64,000 nt of DNA from an uncultured Gemmatimonadales bacterium. Lineage in GTDB: Bacteria; Gemmatimonadota; Gemmatimonadetes; Longimicrobiales; RSA9. Shown in pieces: positions 37,257-48,566 of the stretch (position 1 is the stretch's first letter; each line of letters opens with the position of its first letter). The translations under genes and the position numbers were made by a program. The notes under the pieces are model-generated. The model searched no databases. It was not told the origin of the DNA and saw only the letters and a list, made by a program, of their open reading frames with translations. The stretch lies in NCBI GenBank assembly GCA_963816355.1, contig CAWFKH010000003.1, positions 1,600,001 through 1,664,000 on the forward strand. The letters run 5' to 3'.

Positions 37257-38089
37257 GGCCGCGCCCCGGCGGAGGCGCCACGGCCCGAGGCGCCCGGGCC
37301 GACGGCACCGCCCTCGGAGTCGCGGGTCGCCGGCGACCGTGCGCCGGTGAGGACGCGCGGTGCGCCTTCGGTGAGCGCGATGGTATGCTCGAAGTGGGCG
37401 CTGCGGCGGCCGTCGGCGGTGACGACGGTCCAGCGGTCCTCGCGCGTGCGGACGCGGGGGCCGCCGGCGTTGATCATCGGTTCGATGCAGAGGACCATGC
37501 CGGTTTCGAGGCGGAGGCCCTCGCCGGGGTGGCCGACATTGGGGACCTGGGGCTCCTCGTGGGGGTCGCGGCCGATGCCGTGGCCGACGAGATCGCGGAC
37601 GACGGAGAAGCCGGCGTCCTCGGCGTGGCGCTGGACGGCGCCGCCTATGTCGCCGAGGCGGTTTCCGGGGCGAGCCTGCTCGATGCCGAGCCAGAGGGCG
37701 TCCTCCGTGACGCGGAGGAGGCGCGCTGTGTCGGGGTCGATGTCGCCGACCGGCAGCGTGACGGCGGCATCGGCGTACCAGCCGGCGAGGCGGACGCCGA
37801 CGTCGACGCTCACGATGTCGGCGTCGTCGAGCACGCGGCTCGGCCGCGGGATCCCGTGCACGACCTCGTCGTTGACGGAGACGCAGGCGCTGGCCGGGAA
37901 GCCGTAGAGCCCCTTGAAGGCCGGGATCGCGCGGTCGTGGTCGCGGATGAAGCCGTCGACGAAGGCATCGATCTGGGCCGTGGTCGTACCCGCGGAGACG
38001 TGCGCGGGCAGCGCTTCGAAGAGGCTGGCGATGATGTCGCCGGCGCGTCCGATGGCGTCGATCTCGGCGGGCGTTTTGAGGGAGATCAT
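37253..38089 (-). CDS. map: Type I methionine aminopeptidase
   Basis: CVSVNDEVVHGIP, GHGIG..HEEP, IEPMIN, SAHFEHT. Confidence 0.97.
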   Translation of the reverse strand: MISLKTPAEIDAIGRAGDIIASLFEALPAHVSAGTTTAQIDAFVDGFIRDHDRAIPAFKGLYGFPASACVSVNDEVVHGIPRPSRVLDDADIVSVDVGVRLAGWYADAAVTLPVGDIDPDTARLLRVTEDALWLGIEQARPGNRLGDIGGAVQRHAEDAGFSVVRDLVGHGIGRDPHEEPQVPNVGHPGEGLRLETGMVLCIEPMINAGGPRVRTREDRWTVVTADGRRSAHFEHTIALTEGAPRVLTGARSPATRDSEGGAVGPGASGRGASAGARP

Positions 38090-38727
38090 CGCGTCACCGC
38101 CTTCTTCAACTCCGCGTACACATCGTCCGGGTCACGATCGCCGTTCAGCGTGAGGAGCGGTGCCTCGCCTTGCCGGTAGTACTCGATCAGCGGCTGCGTC
38201 TGCTCGCGGTACACCTCGAGCCGGCGACGCACGGTGTCCGGGGCGTCGTCGGGCCGTTCGACGAGGGTGGCGCCGCAGTGGTCGCAGAGGCCCTCCCGGC
38301 GCGGCGGCTCGAAGTAGACGTTGTAGACGGCGCCGCAGTCGGGGCAGCTGCGGCGGCCGCTGAGGCGTCGTACGAGCACGTCGTCCGGCACGTCGATGAG
38401 GACGACGGCGTCGAGCGGGCGCCCCGTCTCGGCGAGGAGCACGTCGAGCGCCTCGGCCTGCGCGATGGTGCGGGGGAAGCCGTCGAAGACGTGCCCCGCC
38501 GCCGGCCTGCCGAGCACTACGCCCACGAGGCCGAGAATCACGTCGTCGGCGACCAGCTCGCCGGCATCCATGTAGCGCCGGGCCTCACGGCCGAGCGGCG
38601 TTCCCTCGCGGACCGCCTCGCGCAGGAGGTCGCCGGTGGAGATGCGTACCAGCCCGAACTCGCGGGCGAGGCGCTCCCCCTGCGTGCCCTTACCGGCGCC
38701 GGGCGCGCCGAGCAGGATCAGGTCCAT
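38086..38727 (-). CDS. adk: Adenylate kinase (Zn LID)
   Basis: GAPGAGKGTQ, STGDLLR, DGFPRT, CPDC..CDHC. Confidence 0.97.
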   Translation of the reverse strand: MDLILLGAPGAGKGTQGERLAREFGLVRISTGDLLREAVREGTPLGREARRYMDAGELVADDVILGLVGVVLGRPAAGHVFDGFPRTIAQAEALDVLLAETGRPLDAVVLIDVPDDVLVRRLSGRRSCPDCGAVYNVYFEPPRREGLCDHCGATLVERPDDAPDTVRRRLEVYREQTQPLIEYYRQGEAPLLTLNGDRDPDDVYAELKKAVTR

Positions 38728-38760
38728 CCGTGCTTCGTCCCTTCGCCGCGGCCGCGCGGG

Positions 38761-40074
38761 CTACATGTAACGCTGGCGACCACGGAAGCGGACGCGGCCC
38801 TTCTTCATGAAGCCTTCGTAGTGGCGCAGCAGCATATGCTGCTGCATCTGCTGCACGGTGTCGAGGGCGACGCCGACGACGATGAGCAGCGAGGTGCCGC
38901 CGAAGTAGAAGGCGCGGATGTCGAACCAGCCGAAGATGAGGAACGGCAGCAGCGCGATGCCGGCGAGGTAAAAGGCGCCGGGCAGCGTGATCTTGCTGAG
39001 GACGGAGTCGATGTACTCGGCGGTGCGGGTGCCCGGCTTCACGCCCGGCACGAACGCGCCCTGCTTCTTGAGGTTCTCGGCGAGGTCGACGGGATTGAAG
39101 ATGATCGCCGTGTAGAAGTAGGAGAAGAAGACGATCAGGATCGTGTAGGAGACGTCGTAGACCCAGTTCCCCGGGCTGAAGGTCTGCGACAGCCCCTGCA
39201 GCCATCCGATGCTGCTGAACGCGGCGATGGTGCCGGGCACGACGATGATCGACTGCGCGAAGATGATCGGCATCACGCCCGCAGAGTTGATGCGGAGCGG
39301 GATGAAGCTCTTCTGGCCCTCGCGGATGCGGCCACGGCCCATCACCTTGCGCGGAATCTGGACCGGGATCTTGCGCGCGGCCATCGTCATCGCGACGACG
39401 CCGGCGACGACGCCCACCATCACCGCCACGAGCACGATCAGCTTGATCGGGCTGATCACGCCGGTCGAGACCTGCTCCCAGGTGGTGGCGACGCCGGAGG
39501 GGAAGCCGTCGATGATCGAGAAGAAGATAAGCAGAGACGCGCCGTTACCGACGCCGCGCTCGGTGATCATCTCGCTCAGCCACATCACGAAGACGGCGCC
39601 GGTGGTGAGGATGAGCGACGTGGTCACGAGGAACCCGTAGCCGGGCCGCGTGACGGCGCCCTGCATGCCCTGCAGGAAGACGGCGTAGCCATAGCCCTGG
39701 CCGAGCGCGAGGGCGACGGTGGCGTAGCGCGTCCACTGTGTCAGCTTCTTGCGCCCGTCCTCGCCCTCCTTCTGCATCTTCTCGATCGTCGGGAAGACGG
39801 CGGCGAGCAGCTGAAACATGATGCTCGCCGAGATGTAGGGCATGATCCCGAGCGCGAACACGGTCGCACGCTTCAGGGCGCCGCCGACGAAGAGGTCGTA
39901 GACGCCGAACAGCGTACCCTGCAACGCGCCGAACTGCGCCTTCAGCACCTCGACGTCGAGCGACGGCACGGTGACGTGCGCGCCCGCGCGATAGACGAGG
40001 AGCGCGAGGAGCGTGAAGAGGATCTTGTTCTTCAGCTCCGGGATCCGAAACAGGTTCGGGATCGGATTGGCCAT
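38761..40074 (-). CDS. secY: Preprotein translocase SecY
   Basis: FALGIMPYISASI, GVGNGASL, AGVMPIIFA, GGTSLLIVVGV. Confidence 0.98.
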   Translation of the reverse strand: MANPIPNLFRIPELKNKILFTLLALLVYRAGAHVTVPSLDVEVLKAQFGALQGTLFGVYDLFVGGALKRATVFALGIMPYISASIMFQLLAAVFPTIEKMQKEGEDGRKKLTQWTRYATVALALGQGYGYAVFLQGMQGAVTRPGYGFLVTTSLILTTGAVFVMWLSEMITERGVGNGASLLIFFSIIDGFPSGVATTWEQVSTGVISPIKLIVLVAVMVGVVAGVVAMTMAARKIPVQIPRKVMGRGRIREGQKSFIPLRINSAGVMPIIFAQSIIVVPGTIAAFSSIGWLQGLSQTFSPGNWVYDVSYTILIVFFSYFYTAIIFNPVDLAENLKKQGAFVPGVKPGTRTAEYIDSVLSKITLPGAFYLAGIALLPFLIFGWFDIRAFYFGGTSLLIVVGVALDTVQQMQQHMLLRHYEGFMKKGRVRFRGRQRYM

Positions 40075-40077
40075 CGA

Positions 40078-40668
40078 CTACTTCTCCGAGGCGTCCGACG
40101 ACGCCTCCTCCTCGCTCGAATCGCTTTCCGCCTGCGCGGCCGCGCTCGAATCACTTTGCGCCTGCGCAGCCGCCGCATCCCGCGCGGCGACGCGCGACAG
40201 CCTGGCGGGCCGCCCGGTGGGGCCCCCGATCGTTTCCACGCTGCCACCCGCCGCCTCGATCTTGGCGCGCGCGGAGCGGGTGAAGGCGTGCGCGTGCACG
40301 ACCAGCTTCCGCTCGAGGTCGCCGTCGCCGAGGATCTTGACCCCTCGCCCGCTGCCGAGGTCGACGAGACGGTAGGCGGCGAGCACGTCCGGCGTGATGA
40401 CATCCTCCTCGACGCGCGCGAGGTCGCGCACGTTGACGATCTCGTATTCGGTGCGAAACAGGTTGGTGAAGCCGCGCTTCGGAACGCGCCGCTGGATCGG
40501 CATCTGGCCGCCCTCGAACCAGGGGCGATGCGGCGTGCCGGTGCGCGCCTTGTGGCCCTTGTGGCCCCTGCCGCTCGTCTTGCCGGTCCCGGAGCCGGGA
40601 CCCCGGCCGAGCCGCTTCGAACGGCTCGTGGATCCACTCGGCGACCGCAGGTCGTTCAGTTTCGGCAT
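40078..40668 (-). CDS. rplO: 50S ribosomal protein L15 with C-terminal extension
   Basis: GRGPGSGTGKTSGRGHKG, FEGGQMP, KIEAAGG. Confidence 0.97.
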   Translation of the reverse strand: MPKLNDLRSPSGSTSRSKRLGRGPGSGTGKTSGRGHKGHKARTGTPHRPWFEGGQMPIQRRVPKRGFTNLFRTEYEIVNVRDLARVEEDVITPDVLAAYRLVDLGSGRGVKILGDGDLERKLVVHAHAFTRSARAKIEAAGGSVETIGGPTGRPARLSRVAARDAAAAQAQSDSSAAAQAESDSSEEEASSDASEK

Positions 40669-40672
40669 ACCT

Positions 40673-40894
40673 CTACTCCTCGCCTCCCTCCAGCTCCTCC
40701 ACCTCGACGAGGTGGCGGACCTGGAAGATCATGCCCCGGATGGAGGGCGCATCCACGTGAACCGCGCTCGCCCGCGGCCGCCCGAGCCCGAGCGCCGTCA
40801 GCGTGGCCCGGTGTTTCGTCGGTCGACCGATGCCGCTCTTCACCTGCGTGATGCGCACGCGCCCCGCCGCGGACTCCTTCTTCTTCCTCGGCAC
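40673..40894 (-). CDS. rpmD: 50S ribosomal protein L30
   Basis: RITQVKSGIG, TLTALGL, IRGMI..VRHLV. Confidence 0.95.
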   Translation of the reverse strand: MPRKKKESAAGRVRITQVKSGIGRPTKHRATLTALGLGRPRASAVHVDAPSIRGMIFQVRHLVEVEELEGGEE

Positions 40895-40895
40895 C

Positions 40896-41417
40896 TCACA
40901 CCCCCAGTTGCTCGACGGTGATGCCCCGCTCGCGGGCCGCTTGTTCCGCCGTCACCAGCTCGGCCAGCCCGTTCATCGTCGCGCCCGCCACGTTCACGGG
41001 GTTGTTCGATCCGAGGCTCTTCGTCAGCACGTCGGTCACGCCCGCCGCCTCGAGCACCGCACGCACCGGGCCGCCGGCGATGACGCCGGTCCCCGGCCGC
41101 GCCGGCTTCAGCAGCACGTGCGCGGCGCCCTGGCGGCCGATGATCTCGTGCGGCAGCGTGCCCTCGAGCAGCGGCACATTCACCATATTGCGGCGCGCGT
41201 GCTCGAAGCCCTTGCGGATCGCCTCCGCCACCTCGTTCGCCTTGCCGCTCGCGATGCCGACGCGGCCCGCCCGGTCACCGACCGCGACGAGCGCCGTGAA
41301 GGAGAAGCGGCGGCCGCCCTTGACGACCTTCGCGACCCGGTTCACGTAGATCACGGTCTCGGCCAGATCGCTCTCGCCGCGTCCGCGCCGACCTCCACCC
41401 CGATTGTCTCTCGCCAT
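40896..41417 (-). CDS. rpsE: 30S ribosomal protein S5
   Basis: [30 protein letters not shown]. Confidence 0.98.
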   Translation of the reverse strand: MARDNRGGGRRGRGESDLAETVIYVNRVAKVVKGGRRFSFTALVAVGDRAGRVGIASGKANEVAEAIRKGFEHARRNMVNVPLLEGTLPHEIIGRQGAAHVLLKPARPGTGVIAGGPVRAVLEAAGVTDVLTKSLGSNNPVNVAGATMNGLAELVTAEQAARERGITVEQLGV

Positions 41418-41447
41418 CGATCTATGCTCCTTGCCTCTGCGCGCGCA

Positions 41448-41831
41448 TCAGAACTCCAGGCCGCCCTCACGAGCGCCATCGGCGAACGCGGCGACGCGGC
41501 CGTGATAGATGTAGCCGCCCCGGTCGAATACGACGCGCGAGACGCCCGCGGCCTTCGCCCGCTCCGCGAGCAGCTTTCCGGCGGCGTGGCTCAGCGCCCG
41601 CTTCGAAGAGCCCTCGCCTTCCGTCCGTAGCTGGCGTACTTCCGGCGCGAGCGAGGAGACGCCGACGAGCACGTTGCCCGCCACGTCGTCCACGATCTGC
41701 CCCTGGATGTTCTTGTGCGAGCGGTGCACCACCAGACGCGGCCGCTCCGCCGTGCCGAATACCTTCTTGCGTACGCGCCTGTGGCGCCGCCGCAGCCGCG
41801 CCTCGCGTCGCTCGTTCTTGCTCGTCGCCAT
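41448..41831 (-). CDS. rplR: 50S ribosomal protein L18
   Basis: [28 protein letters not shown]. Confidence 0.98.
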   Translation of the reverse strand: MATSKNERREARLRRRHRRVRKKVFGTAERPRLVVHRSHKNIQGQIVDDVAGNVLVGVSSLAPEVRQLRTEGEGSSKRALSHAAGKLLAERAKAAGVSRVVFDRGGYIYHGRVAAFADGAREGGLEF

Positions 41832-41852
41832 CTTCGCGCTTCCTCCGCCGGC

Positions 41853-42392
41853 CTACTTGGTGCCCGTCTTGCCGGCCTTGCGCCGGACCTGCTCCCCCTG
41901 GTACCGGATGCCCTTCCCTTTGTACGGCTCCGGCGGCCGCACGGCGCGGATCTCCGCGGCCGTCTGCCCCACCTTCTGCTTGTCGATCCCCTCCACCACG
42001 ATCTGCGTCGGCGCGGGGGTCGTGAGCGTGATCCCCTCCGGCTCCGGAATTTCCACCGGGTGCGAATAGCCGACGGTGATGACGAGCGTCGTGCCGCGCT
42101 TCTCCGCGCGATAGCCCACGCCCACCAGCTCGAGCGCCTTGCGATAGCCGTTCGTGACGCCCTCGACCATGTTCGCGATCAACGCCCGCGTCAGGCCGTG
42201 CAGCGCGCGCAGCGCCGGGGCGTCGCCGGGCCGCTCCACGTGAAGCGTGCCGTCTTCCGTCCGGATCCGCATCTCGGGGCGGAACTCCCGCACCAGCTCG
42301 CCTTTCGGCCCCTTCACCCGCACGGTCGAGCCGTCGACGCTGATGTCGACGCCACCGGGGATCGGGACCGGCTTCCTACCGACTCTGGACAT
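41853..42392 (-). CDS. rplF: 50S ribosomal protein L6
   Basis: [24 protein letters not shown]. Confidence 0.98.
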   Translation of the reverse strand: MSRVGRKPVPIPGGVDISVDGSTVRVKGPKGELVREFRPEMRIRTEDGTLHVERPGDAPALRALHGLTRALIANMVEGVTNGYRKALELVGVGYRAEKRGTTLVITVGYSHPVEIPEPEGITLTTPAPTQIVVEGIDKQKVGQTAAEIRAVRPPEPYKGKGIRYQGEQVRRKAGKTGTK

Positions 42393-42405
42393 GGTTCTCC
42401 TCCGC

Positions 42406-42798
42406 CTACCAGACGAGGGCGAGAACTTCGCCGCCCACGTGCTTCGCCCGCGCTTCGGCGTCGGTCATGATGCCCTGCGACGTCGAGACGATCGCGATGC
42501 CGAGGCCGTTGCGTACGCGGGGGATCTCGCTCACCCCGGCATAGTGGCGGCGCCCGGGACGCGACACCCGCTTCAGGTCGCGGATCACCGGCCGCTCCTG
42601 GTAGTACTTCAGGTAGAGGCGCAACGCACCGTGGGCCTCGTCATCCAGGACCTTGTAGTCGTGGATGAAGTGGCTCTCCTTCAGGATGCGCGCGATCTGC
42701 GTCTTGATCTTCGAGACCGGCATGTCCACGCGCTTGTGCCCCGCGCGTCCCGCGTTGCGGATGCGGGCGAGCATGTCGGCGATCGGGTCCGTCATCAT
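42406..42798 (-). CDS. rpsH: 30S ribosomal protein S8
   Basis: [29 protein letters not shown]. Confidence 0.97.
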   Translation of the reverse strand: MMTDPIADMLARIRNAGRAGHKRVDMPVSKIKTQIARILKESHFIHDYKVLDDEAHGALRLYLKYYQERPVIRDLKRVSRPGRRHYAGVSEIPRVRNGLGIAIVSTSQGIMTDAEARAKHVGGEVLALVW

Positions 42799-42946
42799 CG
42801 TGGCGTCGTCTCCCATAGTATCCGGCCCGCGGACCGGACTTGTAGGAAGCGGTACGCCCGCCTCCGCACCTGCCGGACGGGCGTTCCTGCTCTCTCGGCG
42901 GCGGCCGCTTCGCGAAGCCGGCCGGGCCGCCGCTCTCCAGTGCGTC

Positions 42947-43132
42947 CTACCAGCTCGCCTTGCGCACGCCCGGGATCTCGCCGTTCAGGGCCATCTCTCG
43001 GAAGCAGATCCGGCAGAGGCCGAACTTGCGCAAGTAGGCGCGTGGGCGCCCGCAGCGCTGGCAGCGGTTGTTCTTGCGCACGCCGAACTTCGGCTTGCGA
43101 CGCGACTTCTCGATCAGTGCCTTTTTCGCCAT
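42947..43132 (-). CDS. rpsZ: 30S ribosomal protein S14 (type Z, Zn-binding)
   Basis: 61 aa; [26 protein letters not shown]. Confidence 0.97.
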   Translation of the reverse strand: MAKKALIEKSRRKPKFGVRKNNRCQRCGRPRAYLRKFGLCRICFREMALNGEIPGVRKASW

Positions 43133-43145
43133 CTCTCCGCCTGCT

Positions 43146-43745
43146 CTAGGCCGCCGTCTCGCGCGGGCCGGGGATGTCGCCGCCGCCGACGACGACCGGC
43201 GTGCCGCCGCGGAAGGGCATCCCCATCTCGCGCAGCAGCGCGAACGCTTCGTCGTCCTTGTCGGTCGTCGTCACGATGACGATGTCCATGCCGTGGACCT
43301 GCTGAACGGTGTCGTAGTCGATCTCCGGAAAGATCATCTGCTCCTTGACGCCGAGCGTGTAGTTGCCGCGGCCGTCGAAGGCGCGCGTCGCCAGACCGCG
43401 GAAGTCACGGATCCGCGGCACCGACACGTTGATCAGCCGGTCGAGGAACTCGTACATGCGCTCCCGCCGCAGCGTGACCTTGGCGCCGATCGGCATCCCT
43501 TCGCGGATGCCGAAGTTCGAGATCGCCTTCTTCGCGCGCGTGACGACCGCTTTCTGCCCCGTGATCACGCCCAGTTCCTCGACCACCGACTCGAGCAGCT
43601 TCGGGTTCTTCGGCGCCTCGCCGACGCCGACGTTCAGAACGACCTTCTCGATGCGCGGCACGCGGTACGGGTTGGCGAACCCGAACGCCTCCTGCATCCG
43701 CGGACGCACCCGCTCCTCGTAATGGATCTGGAGTCTCGGCTTCAT
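43146..43745 (-). CDS. rplE: 50S ribosomal protein L5
   Basis: [32 protein letters not shown]. Confidence 0.98.
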   Translation of the reverse strand: MKPRLQIHYEERVRPRMQEAFGFANPYRVPRIEKVVLNVGVGEAPKNPKLLESVVEELGVITGQKAVVTRAKKAISNFGIREGMPIGAKVTLRRERMYEFLDRLINVSVPRIRDFRGLATRAFDGRGNYTLGVKEQMIFPEIDYDTVQQVHGMDIVIVTTTDKDDEAFALLREMGMPFRGGTPVVVGGGDIPGPRETAA

Positions 43746-43758
43746 CTCTCGTGCTTCC

Positions 43759-44151
43759 TCACGACCGCTGCTTCGGGACCGGATTGCCGGAGCGCGTCGC
43801 GATGCGCTCCTTCGTGCCGTCGCTCTCGCGCTGCATGCGCGTCCGGCTCGGATCTCCGCTCGAGGGGTCGATCAGCATCACGTTCGACGCGTGGATCGGC
43901 GCCTCGAAGGTGACGATGCCGCCCTCCGGGTTCTCGTTCGAGGGACGCTGGTGGCGCTTGCGCAGGTTGACGCCTTCGACCACGACGCGGTTCTCCCGCG
44001 GAAGCGCGCGCAGCACCGTGCCTTCGGTGCCGGCGAAGTTGCCGCGGATCACCTTGACGCGGTCGCCCCGCCGCACGTGCAGCTTGGCGAGGTGTCGCGG
44101 CTTCTCCGGTGCCCGCTTGCGCCGGCGGTCCGTGTTCCGTTGTGCCGCCAT
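43759..44151 (-). CDS. rplX: 50S ribosomal protein L24
   Basis: [23 protein letters not shown]. Confidence 0.97.
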   Translation of the reverse strand: MAAQRNTDRRRKRAPEKPRHLAKLHVRRGDRVKVIRGNFAGTEGTVLRALPRENRVVVEGVNLRKRHQRPSNENPEGGIVTFEAPIHASNVMLIDPSSGDPSRTRMQRESDGTKERIATRSGNPVPKQRS

Positions 44152-44153
44152 GA

Positions 44154-44522
44154 TCAGATCACCTCCGGCGCGAGCGATACGATCTTCATGAACCGCTTCT
44201 CGCGCAGCTCCCGGCCGACCGGACCGAAGATGCGCGTCGCGCGCGGCTCGCCGGCATCGGTGATCATGACGGCGGCGTTGTCGTCGAAGCGGATGTAGGA
44301 GCCGTCCTTGCGCCGCATCTCCTTCGCGGTGCGGACGACGACCGCCTTCGCGACGTCGCCCTTCTTCACCGTACCGTTCGGGAGAGCGTCCTTCACGGCG
44401 ACGACGATGATGTCACCGACGCGCGCGTAGCGCCGCCCCGAGCCGCCGAGGACGCGGATGCACTTCGCCTGCTTCGCGCCCGAGTTGTCGGCGATGCGGA
44501 CCATCGATTCCTGCTGGATCAT
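44154..44522 (-). CDS. rplN: 50S ribosomal protein L14
   Basis: ADNSGAK, FDDNAAV, TRIFGPV, SLAPEV. Confidence 0.98.
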   Translation of the reverse strand: MIQQESMVRIADNSGAKQAKCIRVLGGSGRRYARVGDIIVVAVKDALPNGTVKKGDVAKAVVVRTAKEMRRKDGSYIRFDDNAAVMITDAGEPRATRIFGPVGRELREKRFMKIVSLAPEVI

Positions 44523-44529
44523 CGTCGCC

Positions 44530-44793
44530 TCACCGGGCTTTGTCGAGGATCTCGCGCACGCGCCACCGCTTCGTCTTCGACAGCGGGCGCGTCTCCTCGA
44601 TGCGCACCGTGTCGCCCATGTGCGCCTCGCCCTTCTCGTCGTGCGCGTGGAACTTGCTCGTCTGCACGATCTGCTTGCCGTAGACCGGGTGGGTGACGCG
44701 CCGGTCCACGGCGACCACCACGGTCTTCTGCATGCGATCGCTCACGACGCGACCCACGCGCGTCTTGCGATACCCCCGTTCCTGCTCCGCCAT
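44530..44793 (-). CDS. rpsQ: 30S ribosomal protein S17
   Basis: [31 protein letters not shown]. Confidence 0.97.
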   Translation of the reverse strand: MAEQERGYRKTRVGRVVSDRMQKTVVVAVDRRVTHPVYGKQIVQTSKFHAHDEKGEAHMGDTVRIEETRPLSKTKRWRVREILDKAR

Positions 44794-44801
44794 CTCGTGC
44801 C

Positions 44802-45008
44802 TCACGCGTTCTCGGGCTGCGCGAGCTCGCGCTCGCGCAGAATCGTCCTCAGCCTCGCCACATCCCGCCGCAGCGCGCGCAGCAGCGCCGGATTGTCCAG
44901 CGGCTGCGTCGCCGCGCGGAAGCGCAGACGGAAGAGCTCTTCCTGCGTCTGGTCGATGCGCTCGCGGATCTCGTCGTCCGTCATGTCGCGGATCTCGGCG
45001 GCGTTCAC
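44802..45008 (-). CDS. rpmC: 50S ribosomal protein L29
   Basis: GTG overlapping rplP stop; [20 protein letters not shown]. Confidence 0.95.
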   Translation of the reverse strand: MNAAEIRDMTDDEIRERIDQTQEELFRLRFRAATQPLDNPALLRALRRDVARLRTILRERELAQPENA

Positions 45009-45424
45009 TCCGCACCTCCCTCGCGCTCGACGAAACGGGTCTTCACGGGCAGCTTCGCGGCCGCCAGGTCGAAGGCGCGGCGGGCGATCTCCTCGCTCAC
45101 GCCTTCCAGCTCGAACATGACCCGACCCGGCTTCACCACGGCCACCCACACCTCCGGATTGCCCTTCCCCTTCCCCATGCGGGTCTCCGCCGGCTTCTTC
45201 GTCACCGGCTTGTCGGGAAAGATGCGGATCCACACCTTGCCGCCGCGCTTGATGTGGCGGGTCATCGCCACGCGGGCCGCCTCGATCTGGCGGCTCGTGA
45301 TCCAGGCGGGCTCGAGCGTCTGCAGCCCGTAGTCTCCGAACGAGACCTGGCTGCCGCGGTGCGCGGCTCCGCGCGTGCGGCCCTTGAACCGCTTGCGAAA
45401 CTTGACTCTCTTCGGGGCGAGCAT
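45005..45424 (-). CDS. rplP: 50S ribosomal protein L16
   Basis: RQIEAAR, IFPDKP, RMGKGKG, KLP. Confidence 0.98.
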   Translation of the reverse strand: MLAPKRVKFRKRFKGRTRGAAHRGSQVSFGDYGLQTLEPAWITSRQIEAARVAMTRHIKRGGKVWIRIFPDKPVTKKPAETRMGKGKGNPEVWVAVVKPGRVMFELEGVSEEIARRAFDLAAAKLPVKTRFVEREGGAE

Positions 45425-45469
45425 CGTCTGCCTCTGTCTTCGTCGATTCCGTGCGCGCGGCGCCCGGCC

Positions 45470-46132
<663 letters not shown>

Positions 46133-46133
46133 G

Positions 46134-46484
46134 CTACTCCTTCCGGTCGACGACGATGACGACGTGGCTCATCGGCTTCTGGATCGGTGCCGCGCGCCCC
46201 ATCGCCGCCGCGCGCCACCGCTTCAGCCGTGGACCCTCGTTGACGTACGCCTCGCGGACGTAGAGGTCGTCGACGTCGACGAGCTCGCCCTGGCGCTCCG
46301 CCTTCTCGCGCGAATTGGCGACGGCCGAGCGCAACGTCTTGTCGATCGCGACCGCGGCGCGCTTCTTCGAGTACTGCAGCGCCGCGTACGCCTCGCCCAC
46401 GCTGAGGCCGCGGATCAGGTCGATCACGAGGCGCATCTTGCGAGGGCTCTGCGAGATGTACTTGCTGACCGCTCGTGCTTCCAT
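46134..46484 (-). CDS. rplV: 50S ribosomal protein L22
   Basis: [30 protein letters not shown]. Confidence 0.97.
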   Translation of the reverse strand: MEARAVSKYISQSPRKMRLVIDLIRGLSVGEAYAALQYSKKRAAVAIDKTLRSAVANSREKAERQGELVDVDDLYVREAYVNEGPRLKRWRAAAMGRAAPIQKPMSHVVIVVDRKE

Positions 46485-46495
46485 GGCGCCCCCCC

Positions 46496-46780
46496 TCACA
46501 TCCGCGAGCGCTTGTCGGCGAGCTTGCCGCCGTGACCGCGGAAGAGCCGCGTCGGCGCGAACTCGCCCAGCTTGTGCCCGACCATGTTCTCCGAGACGTA
46601 GACCGGGATGAACTTGTTGCCGTTGTGCACGGCGAGCGTGTGACCGACGAACTCCGGCGAGATCATCGACGACCGGGACCACGTCTTGATCACGCGCTTG
46701 TCCCCGCGCGCGTTCATCTGCTGCACGCGCTTCAGCAGCTTCGCATTGATGTTGGGGCCCTTCTTCGTCGATCGTGGCAT
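46496..46780 (-). CDS. rpsS: 30S ribosomal protein S19
   Basis: [25 protein letters not shown]. Confidence 0.98.
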   Translation of the reverse strand: MPRSTKKGPNINAKLLKRVQQMNARGDKRVIKTWSRSSMISPEFVGHTLAVHNGNKFIPVYVSENMVGHKLGEFAPTRLFRGHGGKLADKRSRM

Positions 46781-46788
46781 CACAATCC

Positions 46789-47628
46789 TCAGGTCGTGGC
46801 CTTGCCGCGGCGCCGGCCGCGGACGATCAGCTTGTTCGTATCCTTCTTCGCCTTGCGCGTCTTCTTGCCTTCCGGCTTGCCCCACGGAGAGGTCGGTGGA
46901 CGTCCGCCCGAGCTGCGGCCCTCGCCGCCGCCCAGGGGGTGGTCGACCGGATTCATCGCCACGCCGCGCACGTGCGGCCGGATGCCGCGCCAGCGCTTCG
47001 CGCCCGCCTTGCCGTAGACCTGCAGCTCGTGGTCGACGTTGCCCACCTGGCCGATCGTCGCCGTGCACTCCTTGCGCACCAGCCGGACCTCGGTCGACGG
47101 CATGCGCAGCGTGACGTGGTCGCCCTCCTTGGCCACGACCTGAGCGCCGGCGCCGGCGGAGCGCACCGCCTGTGCGCCCTTGCCCGCCTTCAGCTCGACG
47201 TTGTGGACCTCGGTGCCGAGCGGGATCTCCGCCAACGGCATCGCGTTGCCCACGCGAACGTCCGAGCCGGGACCCGCCACGACGTTCGCGCCCACCTCCA
47301 ACCCGCGGGGGTGCAGGATGTAGCGCTTCTCGCCGTCCGCGTAGTGGATCAGCGCGATGTTGGCCGAGCGGTTCGGGTCGTACTCCACCGCCGCCACGCG
47401 GCCCGGCACGCCGATCTTGTCGCGCCGGAAGTCGATCTTGCGGTAGAGCCGCTTGTGGCCGCCCCCGCGTCGCCGCGACGTCACGTGACCGGAGTGGTTG
47501 CGTCCGCCGCTCTTCGACAGCGGCTCCGTGAGCGCGCGCTCGGGTCCCTTGCGCGTGATCTCGTCGAAATCGGCCACGGAGCGGAAGCGCGTGCCGGGGG
47601 TGACCGGCTTAAACTTCTTGGTCGGCAT
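46789..47628 (-). CDS. rplB: 50S ribosomal protein L2
   Basis: [35 protein letters not shown]. Confidence 0.98.
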   Translation of the reverse strand: MPTKKFKPVTPGTRFRSVADFDEITRKGPERALTEPLSKSGGRNHSGHVTSRRRGGGHKRLYRKIDFRRDKIGVPGRVAAVEYDPNRSANIALIHYADGEKRYILHPRGLEVGANVVAGPGSDVRVGNAMPLAEIPLGTEVHNVELKAGKGAQAVRSAGAGAQVVAKEGDHVTLRMPSTEVRLVRKECTATIGQVGNVDHELQVYGKAGAKRWRGIRPHVRGVAMNPVDHPLGGGEGRSSGGRPPTSPWGKPEGKKTRKAKKDTNKLIVRGRRRGKATT

Positions 47629-47918
47629 CAGACCCCCTCGTAGACGTCGATCCGCTCGCCCTCGGCGAGCTTCACGATCGCCTTCTTGAACGCCGCCCGC
47701 CGGCCGACGCTGCGGCCGACGCGGCGCCACTTGCCGCGGTAGTTCATGGTCCGCACGTCCACGACGCGGACGCCGAAGAGCGTCTCGATCGCCCTGCGGA
47801 TCTCGATCTTGTTGGCGCCGGGATCCACGATGAACGCGTAGGTGTTCGCCTCGTCCGCGAGCAGCGTCGAGCGCTCGGTGACGACCGGCCGGATCACGAC
47901 GTCGCGCAAATCACGCAT
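47628..47918 (-). CDS. rplW: 50S ribosomal protein L23
   Basis: PVVTE, ANKIEI, KKAIVKL. Confidence 0.97.
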   Translation of the reverse strand: MRDLRDVVIRPVVTERSTLLADEANTYAFIVDPGANKIEIRRAIETLFGVRVVDVRTMNYRGKWRRVGRSVGRRAAFKKAIVKLAEGERIDVYEGV

Positions 47919-48564
47919 GCGCCACCTCCTCCGCGCGCTCGAGCGCGCTCACCTCGATCAGCACCGTGTCCGCCCACAGCACGTCCAGCGCGGATTCCTG
48001 ACCGAAAGCGCGGACCTGCACGCCGGCGAGGTTGCGCGCCGACAGGTGGACGTTCGACTTCAAGCCGTCGGTCAGGATCAGCACGTTGCCTCTCGCCTCG
48101 ACCGCCTCCAGCAGCGCCACGATCGCCTTCGTCCGGGGCGCCTCCAGCTCGATCGCCTCGACGAGCCGCACGGCGCCCTCCTCAGCCCGCGCGTTGTAGG
48201 CCGAGCGCCGCGCCAGCCAGCGCAGCTTCTTCGGGACGTCCTGCGTGAAGTTGCGGCCGACGCGGGGCCCGAAGACCGAGCCGCCGCCGCGCCACTGCGC
48301 GGCTCGCGTCGAGCCCTGGCGCGCGCGCCCGGTGCCCTTCTGCCGCCACGGCTTGCGGTTGCCGCCGCTCACCTCGCGGCGCGTCTTCGTCGACGACGTG
48401 GCCTGGCGCCGGTTCGCCAGCGCCGCCTTCGTCGCCTGCCACAGCGCCGCCTCGTGCACCACGCCGTCGAAGAGCGACGTCGGCAGCTCGCGCTCTCCGC
48501 TGCGCTCTCCCGCGGCGGTGAACACGTCCGCCTTCAGCGCCGTCTCCTTCCGCTTCGCCGCCAT
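47911..48564 (-). CDS. rplD: 50S ribosomal protein L4
   Basis: KPWRQKGTGRARQGS, WRGGG, LSARNL. Confidence 0.97.
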   Translation of the reverse strand: MAAKRKETALKADVFTAAGERSGERELPTSLFDGVVHEAALWQATKAALANRRQATSSTKTRREVSGGNRKPWRQKGTGRARQGSTRAAQWRGGGSVFGPRVGRNFTQDVPKKLRWLARRSAYNARAEEGAVRLVEAIELEAPRTKAIVALLEAVEARGNVLILTDGLKSNVHLSARNLAGVQVRAFGQESALDVLWADTVLIEVSALERAEEVAHA

Positions 48565-48566
48565 GC

